This document shows positions 16,138-26,489 of a stretch of 64,000 nucleotides of DNA, piece after piece (the stretch's first letter is position 1; every line of letters begins with the position of its first letter). A model generated the notes under the pieces. It made no database searches and was not told where the DNA came from. It saw only the letters and a list, made by a program, of their open reading frames with translations. This stretch comes from Parvularculaceae bacterium (GTDB lineage: Bacteria > Pseudomonadota > Alphaproteobacteria > Caulobacterales > Parvularculaceae). Position numbers and translations under genes: made by a program. The stretch covers positions 1,773,511-1,837,510 of the forward strand of contig OZ253666.1 of NCBI GenBank assembly GCA_965263305.1, in the 5' to 3' direction.

Positions 16138-18558
16138 TTAGCCGCGTAAAATGCCGCCCACGGCTTTTTCCACTTGCGCCACGACTTTTTCCGCGATGGC
16201 GTCGATTTCTTTGTCCGTCAGTGTTTTGTCTCGCGGTTGCAGCGTCACTTCAACGGCGAGTGATTTCTTGCCCTCGGGCACGCCTTTGCCCTCGTAGACA
16301 TCAAATATGCGGACGTCGGTGAGGAGTTTTTTCTCCGCGCCCCGGACGGCCTTCAAGAGGCTCTCCGCCGTCACGTCGTGGTCGACAATAAAGGCGAAAT
16401 CACGGGAAAGGGGCAGGAGGTCCGATGCATCCATCGCCGTTTTGGTTTTTGTGGCGCGGGGTTTGCCGACCGGTGCGGCGTCGAGGTTGACTTCAAACGC
16501 GTAGACCGGGCTGTCCACATCCATTGCTTTTAAGACGGCCGGGTGAATTTCGCCGAATTCAGCCAACACATTCTTAGGGCCGAGGCGCAACACGCCAGAG
16601 CGGCCCGGATGATACCAGGACGGCGCGCTCGCGGCCGTTTGAAGTTGGGCGACATTGACGCCGGCGGCGGTCAGCGCCGCCAGGGCGTCGGCCTTCGCGG
16701 TAAACAGATCCGCCTGCGCGGTGGCCCCCGACGGTGCCCAGTGACGGGCCGGACGTGACAGACGCGCGCCCGAGGCAAGGGCCAATTGGCCGTCTGGTTG
16801 GTCGGAAATATAGATCGGTCCCACTTCAAAGAGGGCGAGATCGGCGCGCCCGCGATCGGCGTTGCGTTGTAGCGCGGCAATCAGATTTGGCAGGATGGAG
16901 GGGCGCATCACGCCGAGATCGCTGGCGATGGGGTTCGCCAGGACAAGGCCCTGGGCTTTCAACCAATCCGATCCCTGACAGAAATGGGGGGCGAATTTTT
17001 CATCCGTAAACGACCAAGTGACGGCTTCCAACAACCCACGCCCAGCGAGAGCCCGGCGCGCCCGGGCCCGGCGGGATTGGGCCGTGGTCAGCTTCGGCGT
17101 TTCAACGGCTTTCAATGGCGGCAGGGTCGCCGTCGGGAGGTCGTTAAAGCCCACAATTCGAGCGATCTCCTCGGCGATATCGGCTTTGCCATCGATATCT
17201 GGGCGCCAGGATGGGGCCTTCACGATCCATGGATCGCTTTTTGAGACATCAAACCCCAAGGCGATGAGAATGCGCTCCGCCTCGGCATGGTCGATATCCA
17301 TCCCCGTCAGGCGTTTTGCCTCGCTCGGCGGATAAAGCACTGTCTTTTCAGAAGTTGGCGCAGCTCCGGCAATCTCTATTTCGGATGGGTCGCCGCCGCA
17401 TAGATCGAGCACCATTTGGGTGGCCATCTCTAATCCCGGCAATAGAAACGCAGGATCAACGCCGCGTTCGAAGCGATAGCGCGCATCCGAGGTAATGGTG
17501 GTTTTTCGTCCGGTTTTGGCGGTTCGTAAGGGATCAAAATAAGCGCATTCGATGAAGACGTTGTTGGTTTCTTCTGTACACCCTGTTGTTTCGCCACCCA
17601 TGATGCCCCCGAGGCCGAGGACGCCGTTGTCGTCAGCGATGACTGTCATTGCGTCATCGATGTCATATTCTTTGCCATCAAGGGCGAGGAATTTTTCGCC
17701 GGTTTTGCCAAGGCGCGCATGGATCTCGCCGGCGAGTTTGTCGGCGTCATAGACATGCAGCGGCCGCGCCCGGTCGTAGGAGATGTAGTTGGTCATATCG
17801 ACGAGAGCGTTAATGGGGCGAAGGCCGATGGCGACGAGGCGATCTTGAAGCCATTTTGGCGATGGGCCGTTCTTCACCCCACGGATAAGCCGTCCTGCAA
17901 ATGCCGGGCAGGCGGCTTCAGCGCCATCGGGGAAATGGAGGCCGATGTTCTGAGGGCAGGCGAATGCGCCTTTGACGCTTGCCGGGCTTGGTGTTTTTAA
18001 AACGCCGAGCCCCGCGGCGGCGAGGTCCCGCGCAACGCCATCGACGCCATTGGTGTCGGGGCGGTTGGGGGTAACTTCGAAATCGATGACCGGGTCGTCG
18101 GCGCCAAGCCAGGACGCAATAGGGTCCCCGATGGGCGCTTCAGCGGGCGCTTCGATGATGCCGTCATGATCCGTCCCCAGCTCCATTTCCCGGGCGGAAC
18201 ACATCATGCCATGGCTTTCAACACCGCGAATTTTCGCTTTCGACAAGGTAACGTCAATGCCCGGCACATAGGCGCCGACAGGGGCGAAGGCGACTTTGAT
18301 CCCTTTGCGCGCGTTCGGGGCGCCGCAAACGATTTGTTTCTCGCCATCTTTCGTCGCGACCTTGCAGACCTTCAGGCGGTCCGCTTCTGGGTGCTTTTCG
18401 GCTTCTAAGACTTCGCCGATGGTAAAAGCGGCAAGGCGATCAGCCGGATTGTCGACCTCCTCTACCTCAAGGCCGACAGCCACCATCGTCTCGACAATTT
18501 GATCGAGGGAAGCATCCGTCTCCAGATGATCTTTGAGCCAGGATAGGGTGAATTTCAT
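16138..18558 (-). CDS. pheT: Phenylalanine--tRNA ligase beta subunit
   Basis: Canonical N-terminus MKFTLSWLKDHLET..., 806 aa, with B3/4 and B5 anticodon-binding and FDX-ACB domains. Located directly downstream of pheS. Confidence 0.95.
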   Translation of the reverse strand: MKFTLSWLKDHLETDASLDQIVETMVAVGLEVEEVDNPADRLAAFTIGEVLEAEKHPEADRLKVCKVATKDGEKQIVCGAPNARKGIKVAFAPVGAYVPGIDVTLSKAKIRGVESHGMMCSAREMELGTDHDGIIEAPAEAPIGDPIASWLGADDPVIDFEVTPNRPDTNGVDGVARDLAAAGLGVLKTPSPASVKGAFACPQNIGLHFPDGAEAACPAFAGRLIRGVKNGPSPKWLQDRLVAIGLRPINALVDMTNYISYDRARPLHVYDADKLAGEIHARLGKTGEKFLALDGKEYDIDDAMTVIADDNGVLGLGGIMGGETTGCTEETNNVFIECAYFDPLRTAKTGRKTTITSDARYRFERGVDPAFLLPGLEMATQMVLDLCGGDPSEIEIAGAAPTSEKTVLYPPSEAKRLTGMDIDHAEAERILIALGFDVSKSDPWIVKAPSWRPDIDGKADIAEEIARIVGFNDLPTATLPPLKAVETPKLTTAQSRRARARRALAGRGLLEAVTWSFTDEKFAPHFCQGSDWLKAQGLVLANPIASDLGVMRPSILPNLIAALQRNADRGRADLALFEVGPIYISDQPDGQLALASGARLSRPARHWAPSGATAQADLFTAKADALAALTAAGVNVAQLQTAASAPSWYHPGRSGVLRLGPKNVLAEFGEIHPAVLKAMDVDSPVYAFEVNLDAAPVGKPRATKTKTAMDASDLLPLSRDFAFIVDHDVTAESLLKAVRGAEKKLLTDVRIFDVYEGKGVPEGKKSLAVEVTLQPRDKTLTDKEIDAIAEKVVAQVEKAVGGILRG

Positions 18559-18620
18559 TTCGGATCGTCGTCCCTAATTGCGGCGGTACTCTTGCGCATT
18601 CTTCGTAAGGTTTGGCGAAA

Positions 18621-19712
18621 TCACCGGCTGAGCCCGGTCGCCAAGTTGGGTTGGTCATCGGCGTCAAACCCGTAATGCTCCAGCCAGCGGGCATCGCTTG
18701 CGAAAAAGTCCCGCAGGTCCGGAATGCCGTATTTCAGCATGGCGAGGCGATCGACGCCCATGCCCCAAGCGAAGCCTTGATACTCATCGGGGTCGAGGCC
18801 GCAGTTCTTTAATACATTCGGGTGGACCATGCCGCAGCCGAGGATTTCCATCCATTTTTCGCCCTGGCCGATTCGCACTTCGCTTTGGCCCTTTGACCCG
18901 ACACGCTCATATTTGACATCCATTTCGGCGGAGGGCTCCGTGAACGGAAAGAAATGCGGCCGGAAGCGGGTTTCCACATGGTCGATTTCGAAGAAGGCTT
19001 TGACAAACGCTTCAAGCGTGCCTTTCAAATGACCCATATGGCTCTCGCGATCGATGACGAGCCCTTCTACCTGATGGAACATCGGGGTATGGGTTTGATC
19101 AGAATCGACGCGGAATGTCCGCCCTGGGATAATAATCCGAATGGGCGGCGTTGTGCTTTTCATTGTGCGGATTTGTACGGGCGAGGTGTGGGTCCGCAAC
19201 AACATGCGTTCCCCATCTTCTTTTTCGTTGAAGAAGAAGGTGTCATGCATCTCACGGGCGGGATGGTCGACGGGAAAGTTCAGCGCCGTGAAATTATGGA
19301 AATCATCCTCGATATCGGGGCCTTCGGCGACGTCGAACCCCATGGCGGAGAAAATCGCCACAATCTCTTCGGTAACCTGGCTGACGGGGTGAATGCGGCC
19401 CTCAGGCGTCGGCGCGACTGGCAGCGTGACATCGACTTTTTCTGCTGACAACCGCGCTTCCATCGCGGCGCTTTCCAGCGTTGCTTTGCGCGCATCAATG
19501 GCGTCGGCGATCCTTGTCTTTAGCCCGTTAAGGGCCGGCCCCATGGTTTTGCGCTCTTCCGGGCTCATCTTGCCCAGGGTTTTCATCCGCTCAGAGATCG
19601 CGCCTTTCTTTCCGAGGGCGCTGACGCGCACGCTTTCAAGGCCGGCTTCATCGGCCGCCTCAGCGATTTGCGTGGTGATGTCCCGTTCGAGAGTGTCTAA
19701 GTCATCGGTCAT
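18621..19712 (-). CDS. pheS: Phenylalanine--tRNA ligase alpha subunit
   Basis: 363 aa with class II aaRS motifs (…[17 protein letters not shown]…, …[10 protein letters not shown]…). Confidence 0.95.
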   Translation of the reverse strand: MTDDLDTLERDITTQIAEAADEAGLESVRVSALGKKGAISERMKTLGKMSPEERKTMGPALNGLKTRIADAIDARKATLESAAMEARLSAEKVDVTLPVAPTPEGRIHPVSQVTEEIVAIFSAMGFDVAEGPDIEDDFHNFTALNFPVDHPAREMHDTFFFNEKEDGERMLLRTHTSPVQIRTMKSTTPPIRIIIPGRTFRVDSDQTHTPMFHQVEGLVIDRESHMGHLKGTLEAFVKAFFEIDHVETRFRPHFFPFTEPSAEMDVKYERVGSKGQSEVRIGQGEKWMEILGCGMVHPNVLKNCGLDPDEYQGFAWGMGVDRLAMLKYGIPDLRDFFASDARWLEHYGFDADDQPNLATGLSR

Positions 19713-19901
19713 TGAAAGCGCGGCCTAACGAGATGATGGAAAAGCCTTCCCCATAGCGAGGGCGGCCGTTGAATGACAAGGGCCGATCGACGCTTTTTGC
19801 GTCAACCGGCCCATTTAAGAACTCATGCGAGACTGGATGATGACGCCCCAACCCTCGCGCGAGACGGTAGGGCGATGGTTGGGTCGGAACCAGGCGCGGC
19901 G

Positions 19902-20543
19902 TTAATTGGCGATTTTCGAACCGTTGCCAAATGAGCCGTCAGCGATCACCGCGTCCAGGAACGCGCGGGTCTCGGCGTCAATTTCTGGGCGATAGCCGTC
20001 TTGTGTTGCGTTAAAGGAGATCGTGTTCGCTGTGCCCCGGCTTTGTGACGTGAATTGGAACCAAAGGTCGATGACGTTCTTAAAGACGGTGGCGTTGATC
20101 GCGAACGATCCGCGCGCCGTCCCGTAGTCAGCGATTAAATAACGATCGAGAAAAACAACCCCCTCTTGGACGGAAGCGCGGGTGGTGCGCGCCTGGGAGT
20201 TGAAATTGTTCACCATATCCGTGCTGGCCGTATCATTGATGATGGCGATCATCCAAAGGCCGGCGCAGGTTCCAGGCTGACGGCAAACCGTTTCTTTGAA
20301 CAACATGGTGCGGCCATCGGCGCTGCGTACAACCAACGCGGTTTGGCCGTTCTGGTTGACTTGCTCGGTTGTATATCCGAGTTCGGTCAAAATCGGCGAG
20401 ATATCGTTAAACGATAGGCTTCGTAGAATGCCGGATGGATTAGCGACGGGCGCCCCCGCCTGAGCATAAGCAGACGTCAAAAATGCTGTGGCGCAAAATA
20501 CGCTTGCGACGGCGGCCGTGATGGCGGCGATTTTCTTGTTCAT
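19902..20543 (-). CDS. Secreted hypothetical protein (signal peptide, YbjN-like?)
   Basis: N-terminal signal peptide MNKKIAAITAAVASVFCATAFLTSAYAQA. No firm family assignment. Confidence 0.45.
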   Translation of the reverse strand: MNKKIAAITAAVASVFCATAFLTSAYAQAGAPVANPSGILRSLSFNDISPILTELGYTTEQVNQNGQTALVVRSADGRTMLFKETVCRQPGTCAGLWMIAIINDTASTDMVNNFNSQARTTRASVQEGVVFLDRYLIADYGTARGSFAINATVFKNVIDLWFQFTSQSRGTANTISFNATQDGYRPEIDAETRAFLDAVIADGSFGNGSKIAN

Positions 20544-20623
20544 TGTAAAACCCCTCGATACTGATGGCGCACACCGTCCAGCAAAAAACGATTAAAGGCA
20601 AGGGCCGCGCCTCTCCGTGGCGC

Positions 20624-21769
20624 CTAATCCCGGGCGTCCAGCAGGTTTTTAACCTTACCAAGAGGCACTGCCGGGTAGGGCGCGCCAGGCTCTGTTTGCG
20701 CCATAAAGAGGGAGTTCAGGATCGCCTCTTCCGTTGCTTCAATGGCGGCTTGTGACAGGGGAGAGAATAGATTGTTTGGCATATCCTTAATAAGGGAAAT
20801 TTCGCCGCGCCGTTCTGGGGTTCGTCGCACCCCTTCTGCGGTGGAAAACGCCAAGACATAATCGCCGGATCCATTCGTCATCGCAGCGCCCGTTCGCGCG
20901 AGACCGGCAATCGCGCGGGCGGCCAGGCGTTCAAGATTCCGGTCCGAAAGGGGCGCATCCGTGGCGACGACGATCATGATTGATCCATCGGCGTCGCCTT
21001 TATCAGTATGCTTTTGGAAGTAAAATTGATCGAGGGCTTCGCCCACCTTCACGCCGTCGACAATAAGGGCGCCGCCGAAATTCGACTGCACAAGTACGCC
21101 AACCGTGAACCCGCCAAGGGCATCGGGTAACTGGCGGGAGCTGGCGCCGATGCCGCCTTTCCATCCAAAGGCGACGGTGCCGGCGCCGGCGCCGATCGCG
21201 CCTTCCGCAACGGGGCCGGGTTTGGCGTTATCAATCGCTTGGCGCATATGGCGCGGCGTCAACGCCCGCGCCCGGATGTCATTCAGGCGACCATCATTCG
21301 TCTCCCCGACGACCGCGTTGACGGACCGGACGGTGTCATTCCCAGGCTGCTCCAGCGTCCAATCGATGATGGCGCTTGCCGCTTCGGGCGTATTCAAGGT
21401 GTTGGTTAATAGGATCGGGGTTTCAATCTCGCCAAGCTCTCTGATTTGGGTCACGCCCATAAGTTTGCCAAAACCGTTTCCAACGAATACACCCGCCGGT
21501 ACTTTATCCTGATACAGATTACCATCATGGGGTAGGATGGCCGTCACGCCCGTGCGAATAGTGCTCCCTCCGCGGCGCTCACGGATCAGCGTGACATGCC
21601 CAACGGCGACACCATCAACATCGGTAATGGCGTTTAACGGGCCGGGCGTCAGAATGCCCGGTGTTGCGCCAAGGGCCCGGGCGCGTTGACGCGTCTCCTG
21701 GCCATGGGCAGGCCAAGACACGATGGCGGTGACGGCAAAGACAACGGCGAGGAAAGTGTGGTGATGCAT
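20624..21769 (-). CDS. Secreted P1/S58 (DmpA/ArgJ-like) family peptidase/aminopeptidase
   Basis: Internal Met start (aa 61 of track ORF) with a signal peptide MHHHTFLAVVFAVTAIVSWPAHG. Gly-rich autoproteolytic core …AIGAGAGTVAFGWKGGIGASS… typical of the DmpA family. Confidence 0.65.
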   Translation of the reverse strand: MHHHTFLAVVFAVTAIVSWPAHGQETRQRARALGATPGILTPGPLNAITDVDGVAVGHVTLIRERRGGSTIRTGVTAILPHDGNLYQDKVPAGVFVGNGFGKLMGVTQIRELGEIETPILLTNTLNTPEAASAIIDWTLEQPGNDTVRSVNAVVGETNDGRLNDIRARALTPRHMRQAIDNAKPGPVAEGAIGAGAGTVAFGWKGGIGASSRQLPDALGGFTVGVLVQSNFGGALIVDGVKVGEALDQFYFQKHTDKGDADGSIMIVVATDAPLSDRNLERLAARAIAGLARTGAAMTNGSGDYVLAFSTAEGVRRTPERRGEISLIKDMPNNLFSPLSQAAIEATEEAILNSLFMAQTEPGAPYPAVPLGKVKNLLDARD

Positions 21770-21816
21770 GCGGCCCCCGCTTATTGGTGGTTTCGAAAGA
21801 TTGGCGTCACGCCCAG

Positions 21817-24213
21817 TTATAAATCTCGCGCGACGCGAAAGCCCGTGGCGAAGTCCCTGGCTTTGGCGGCGGCGGCGCGGCGATATCCTGCGCGGGCCCG
21901 CCAAGCGCCAGCGTTCCAGGCGCCTCCCTTTATGACGCGCGCCTCGCAATCATCTTGGGCGATGCTGCTGTCAACGGGACGTCCGTCCAATGGCGCGCCT
22001 TCATGGGTGGGTCGCCAGCAATCAGCGGTCCATTCCCAAACATTACCGTGTACGTCGTAAAGGCCAAAAGCATTGGGGGCGAAACTGCCGGTATTCGCCG
22101 TGCGGCGGCGATAGCGACCGGGCGCCGTCCCATAGGGGTATTCGCCGTGATAGTTCGCTTGGGCGGCGGTGATGGTGTCGCCGGTGTTAAACGGGGTTTG
22201 GGCGCCTGCCCTTGCGGCGAATTCCCACTCTGATTCACTGGGCAGACGATATCGCCGCCCGGTGCGTGACGACAGCCAGGCGATGTAGTCGAGCGCGTCT
22301 TCATAGGAGACATTGATGACCGGCTTGCGCCCGCGGCCCCAGCCAGCGTCGCGCGGCCGGTAGCGCCGACAGCCGCCGGCTGCGACGCAAGCGTCCCATT
22401 CATCGAAGGTCACTTCTCTCGCGCCAAGGGCAAAGGGACGCCGCAGTGTCACCGTCACCTGAGGGCCCTCCTCCGGCGTGCGCGCCGCCTCGTTGATGGG
22501 CGCGCCCATGACAAAAGCGCCAGCGGGCAATTCGGCCATGTCGGGGCATTCCAGACAATCGCGGAAATATAGCCCCGCCGTCGCTTCAGTGTCTTCGATG
22601 AGGGAGGCGATGTCTCGTTGTTCGGAGGGGACAGCGTCAGATGACGATCCCTCATTGGCCGGGGCGCCGGCGGTTGAAGAAAGGGCGTCCCTGGTTGGCG
22701 CCTCCGAGATTGACGACCAGGCGAGTTGCGCAATCACGTCGGCGTTGCCGGGCGGCGCATCCTGTTGCGAATCATTGATCGCTTTTGGCGGCGCGGCCGG
22801 CTTTAGGGTTGGTTCAACGTCGAAGGCGGCAAGACGGTTTTCTTTGGTGAGTGGCGCTGGGGCGAGCGGCGCCGGTGTTTCTTCGACTGCGTCGTATAAA
22901 GATGATTCTTCAGCCGGTGGTGTCGCCTCGAGCGGCGTCAATTCAGACCAGACGGTCTCATTCGTTGCGACCGCTTCTCCTGAGGGAGGCAAGTTCGCTG
23001 TTTCGCTGGTCGTCGGTGCGGATGTCGCCAGCGTTGTCATTGTCTCTGGCGCTTCGCTCTTTCCTTGCGCGCTTGAGAATTGCTCAACAGACAATGGAGA
23101 TTTTTCCTCAAGGCGAGGTGAGGTTTCGCGTAGCGTTGGGGGCTCGTTTTTCTTAGGGCTCGCCGCGGTCGCTGGTTCGACAAAGGCGACCACGGGCGGG
23201 GGATCGATAAAACGAGGGAGATCGCTTGGCGTTGAGGCCATGATCGACGCCGCATCATCCCGTTGGCCGGAATCGGCCGACGGTGATGACCCTACGTTAC
23301 CCATAAAAAGACCCGCAGCACCGATCGCCAAAAGCAGTGAAGCAGCAGCGCCGGCAATTATCCGGATGGTCGATGTGCGAAACGCAGGCGTGTTTTGCGG
23401 CGTCGGTTCTTCGTGAATCGCGAGTGAAGGTCTCGACGCGATTAGAGGGGAGTACGCGCTCTCCCTTTCTTCATGGTAAGGATCTTTTTCAAAGATATCT
23501 GCATCGACGCGGGCGCCGGTTGATCTATCATCAGGGCTAAAGCCGTCAGCGTCATGGCGTGACTGAAAAAGGGCGCCGTGATCCTCCGCCATCCAGACCC
23601 CCGCTTTCGATTGACCATCCGCGGGTGTCACGGCGCGGTGATGTCGGTCGCCACGAAGTGCGCCGGGGTCGGCTTTGGCTGGTGGCGTCCAATCAAAAGG
23701 ATGGCGTTGCGACGGTGTCGCGGAGGGAGACGCGAGGGACGGCGGCGTTGCATCCGCGCTGCTCTTCGCAAGGGTGTCGTTTGTTATAGCGTTCTGCGGG
23801 TCGAGGTTTTGCGCTTGAGCGCGTTTGGCGGCGATTTTAATGTCTTCCAACATGAACCGCCAACGCGGATCCGCCTCGGCGCCGCTCCATCCAACGAGGT
23901 CAACCGGCGCCAGACTGGCGAACGCCTTTGGCGGTGCTGTCCGTTTAAACGTCACGGGGCAAAGTAATCTATCCTGTAACGCTTGCTCAGCCGCGGCGAG
24001 CAAGTCCGCATCTTGCAGGCTTTCTGGCGACCAAATCACCACCGTAGCGATGGGGGCTTGGCGAGCGGGCTTTTGGGAAGCGTCGCTATGGTCATCAGCG
24101 CCGCTAAACAAGACAGAGTAACCGAGAACCTGAAGAGCCCTCGCGATTTGTTCTCCCAATAGGGCGCTGTCGGCGCAAAAGAGAAGACGTACAGGTGATG
24201 AAGTATCTATCAT
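21817..24213 (-). CDS. Multidomain protein: N-terminal TIR-like domain, long Ala/Pro/Ser/Thr-rich linker with one TM helix, C-terminal FGE-sulfatase (SUMF1/formylglycine-generating-enzyme-like) domain
   Basis: N-terminus …RLLFCADSALLGEQIARALQVLGYSVLF…ATVVIWSPESLQDADLL…E… is a TIR/DUF1863-like pattern. TM helix IRIIAGAAASLLLAIGAAGLFMG. C-terminus …VSYEDALDYIAWLS…YRLPSESEWEFAARAG…YDVHGNVWEWTADCW…RVIKGGAW… is canonical FGE-sulfatase. Confidence 0.65.
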   Translation of the reverse strand: MIDTSSPVRLLFCADSALLGEQIARALQVLGYSVLFSGADDHSDASQKPARQAPIATVVIWSPESLQDADLLAAAEQALQDRLLCPVTFKRTAPPKAFASLAPVDLVGWSGAEADPRWRFMLEDIKIAAKRAQAQNLDPQNAITNDTLAKSSADATPPSLASPSATPSQRHPFDWTPPAKADPGALRGDRHHRAVTPADGQSKAGVWMAEDHGALFQSRHDADGFSPDDRSTGARVDADIFEKDPYHEERESAYSPLIASRPSLAIHEEPTPQNTPAFRTSTIRIIAGAAASLLLAIGAAGLFMGNVGSSPSADSGQRDDAASIMASTPSDLPRFIDPPPVVAFVEPATAASPKKNEPPTLRETSPRLEEKSPLSVEQFSSAQGKSEAPETMTTLATSAPTTSETANLPPSGEAVATNETVWSELTPLEATPPAEESSLYDAVEETPAPLAPAPLTKENRLAAFDVEPTLKPAAPPKAINDSQQDAPPGNADVIAQLAWSSISEAPTRDALSSTAGAPANEGSSSDAVPSEQRDIASLIEDTEATAGLYFRDCLECPDMAELPAGAFVMGAPINEAARTPEEGPQVTVTLRRPFALGAREVTFDEWDACVAAGGCRRYRPRDAGWGRGRKPVINVSYEDALDYIAWLSSRTGRRYRLPSESEWEFAARAGAQTPFNTGDTITAAQANYHGEYPYGTAPGRYRRRTANTGSFAPNAFGLYDVHGNVWEWTADCWRPTHEGAPLDGRPVDSSIAQDDCEARVIKGGAWNAGAWRARAGYRRAAAAKARDFATGFRVARDL

Positions 24214-24603
24214 ATAGTCAGTACAGTGTATAATTTATTTGTTGCCGTTGCGCCTGCTCGTCCGTTTCGCCGCCCAGGAAAGACGATTGGCTCTCAACGC
24301 TTAGCCGTTGCGGCGCCGTGAATGTCTCATTGCGCCTGTTGTTTTTGTTTGTCGCCGTTGGCTCTCTCAAAGCACGCCGCAATGGCGGGTTTGCGAACGG
24401 AGCGGCGACGTCGATTTGCTGAACCCCGTTTATTAACCATCTTTGCGGCCCAACCACCGGTGTTCGCAAGTCTGAAACGTTGTTGCTCGGGTTAAACTTC
24501 GGCATTAATTTGTTCTTGTAATGTTCTATTTTTTCGTCCAATGTGGCATTCTCTAACGGAATATCATGATTTGTCGCTCGCCAAGGTTGTCAAAAGGAGT
24601 TGA

Positions 24604-26274
24604 TTGATGGTCGCGCAATTGACGACATACGCCTTCCATGGGGTTGAGGCTCAACCGGTCGCGGTGCAGGTGCACACCGCCAATGGCGCTTCGCATTTTT
24701 CGATTGTTGGGCTGCCGGATAAGGCCGTGTCGGAGGCGCGTGAACGGGTGCGCGCGGCGTTTAGCGCAATCGGTCTTGGCCTGCCGCCAAAGCGGATCAC
24801 CGTTAACCTCGCGCCAGCGGATTTGCCGAAGGAAGGCGGTCATTTCGATTTGGCGATCGCCCTCGGGCTCATGATTGAGATTGGCGCCGCCCCCCATGAT
24901 GCTGCTGAGGGGTATGCGGTGATTGGGGAGTTAGGGTTGGACGGATCGATCGCGCCCGTGACGGGTGCTTTATCGGCAGGCCTTGCGGCGGCGGCTGGCG
25001 GCGTCGGGTTGATTTGCCCGGCCGCGTCCGGCCCCGAGGCGGCGTGGGCCGGCGATGATCTTGAAATCCTTGCGCCGCAATCCATCATCCAACTGATCAA
25101 TCACTTTAAGGGCGTGCAAATGCTGACCCGCCCGACCCGGGGGCAGTTAGAAGACGCGCCGAGGCTTGCGGATTTTCGTGATATCAAAGGCCAAGAAAGC
25201 GCCAAGCGCGCGGCCGAGGTCGCCGCTGCTGGCGGTCATAATTTACTGATGGTAGGGCCGCCGGGGTCGGGAAAATCTATGTTAGCGTCCCGATTGCCGG
25301 GCATCCTGCCGCCGCTCACCGCTGAAGAGATGCTTGATGTCTCCATGGTTCAATCTGTAGCGGGATTATTAGAGGGCGGCCGGTTAACCCGGGCGCGTCC
25401 GTTCAGAGCGCCTCATCACTCCGCATCAATGGCCGCGATGGTCGGCGGCGGCGTTCGGGCAAAGCCGGGAGAGGCGTCCTTGGCGCATCACGGCGTTTTG
25501 TTTCTTGATGAATTACCGGAATTCGCCCCGCAGGTTTTAGATAGCCTTCGCCAACCCTTGGAGACCGGTGACATCTTAATCGCCCGGGCGAATATGCATG
25601 TGCGGTATCCGGCGCGCTTCCAACTCGTCGCGGCGATGAACCCGTGCCGGTGCGGGTATGGGCGCGCCCATGCCGCCGCAGCCGGGCGGGCCTGTGGACG
25701 GGGCCCAAATTGTGAAAGCACATATCAGGCAAGGGTTTCAGGGCCCCTATTTGACCGCATGGATGTCGCCGTTGATTTGTCACCGGTCATGCCGGCGGAT
25801 CTGGCGCGCCCCGCCGATGGTGAAACGAGCGCGGTAATCGCCGCGCGCGTGGCGAGGGCGCGACAGGCTCAGGAGGATCGGGCGTTGGAACGGCGCAACG
25901 CGGAACGGAACGCCTCTAACGGAAATGCGCTTGAAAGCGCCTCGTCGCTTTCCAACGCGCCTATTTCAAATACCAACGCAGCTCTCCCCGACGGCCTGTT
26001 GCAAGTTATAGCCGCGCCCGACGCCGATGGCGCGGCGTTAATGGCGAAAGCAGCTGAAACCCTAGGATTTTCAGCGCGCGGCTATCACCGTATCTTACGG
26101 TTGGCGCGGACGCTCGCCGATCTTGATGGCGTTGACGCCGTTCGCAGACGCCACGTTGCCGAGGCGATTAGCTATCGTCGCCGCGATCCTGGAAGCAATG
26201 TGGCCGCTTTTTCGGGGAACCAGATGGGCGGCGCGTCTGCACTGGGAGAGCCTTCGATGGGCGTCAATCCTTGA
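24604..26274 (+). CDS. yifB: YifB/ComM family Mg-chelatase-like AAA+ ATPase
   Basis: N-terminal Lon-protease-like domain, Walker A MVGPPGSGKSM, Walker B VLFLDELPEF, and a C-terminal ChlI-like region. Confidence 0.85.
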   Translation: MMVAQLTTYAFHGVEAQPVAVQVHTANGASHFSIVGLPDKAVSEARERVRAAFSAIGLGLPPKRITVNLAPADLPKEGGHFDLAIALGLMIEIGAAPHDAAEGYAVIGELGLDGSIAPVTGALSAGLAAAAGGVGLICPAASGPEAAWAGDDLEILAPQSIIQLINHFKGVQMLTRPTRGQLEDAPRLADFRDIKGQESAKRAAEVAAAGGHNLLMVGPPGSGKSMLASRLPGILPPLTAEEMLDVSMVQSVAGLLEGGRLTRARPFRAPHHSASMAAMVGGGVRAKPGEASLAHHGVLFLDELPEFAPQVLDSLRQPLETGDILIARANMHVRYPARFQLVAAMNPCRCGYGRAHAAAAGRACGRGPNCESTYQARVSGPLFDRMDVAVDLSPVMPADLARPADGETSAVIAARVARARQAQEDRALERRNAERNASNGNALESASSLSNAPISNTNAALPDGLLQVIAAPDADGAALMAKAAETLGFSARGYHRILRLARTLADLDGVDAVRRRHVAEAISYRRRDPGSNVAAFSGNQMGGASALGEPSMGVNP

Positions 26275-26489
26275 TGTGAACTGTCGTAGGGGCGTTCTAG
26301 CGGCGTCCTAACGCGTTCTGGGTCTGGGGATCGGGTGGTTTATCGCCTGGCGGTAAAGTGCAACCGTTTTTGCCTGACCTATTGAAAGTTATACGGAAAT
26401 TCTTTTCCGACGCTTAACCATATCGCCTAACCGAATTTTCAAGGCCATAGGGCATAAATCGTACCTAAGACGATTTAGGGTCTGTTTAT

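Noticed and set aside
22478-23416. 312-aa Ala/Ser/Gly-rich ORF on the + strand
   Set aside because: It lies entirely antisense to the low-complexity linker of the TIR/FGE gene in GC-rich DNA, which is a typical spurious antisense ORF. Similar antisense ORFs at 15441..15974, 27140..27910, 16984..17335, 37953..38534 and 52250..52762 were rejected for the same reason.
22400-23600. Possible tandem repeat or CRISPR-like periodicity
   Set aside because: The repetition is codon-level low complexity (Ala/Pro/Ser/Thr linker) inside a CDS, not spaced direct repeats. No CRISPR array is present anywhere in the window.
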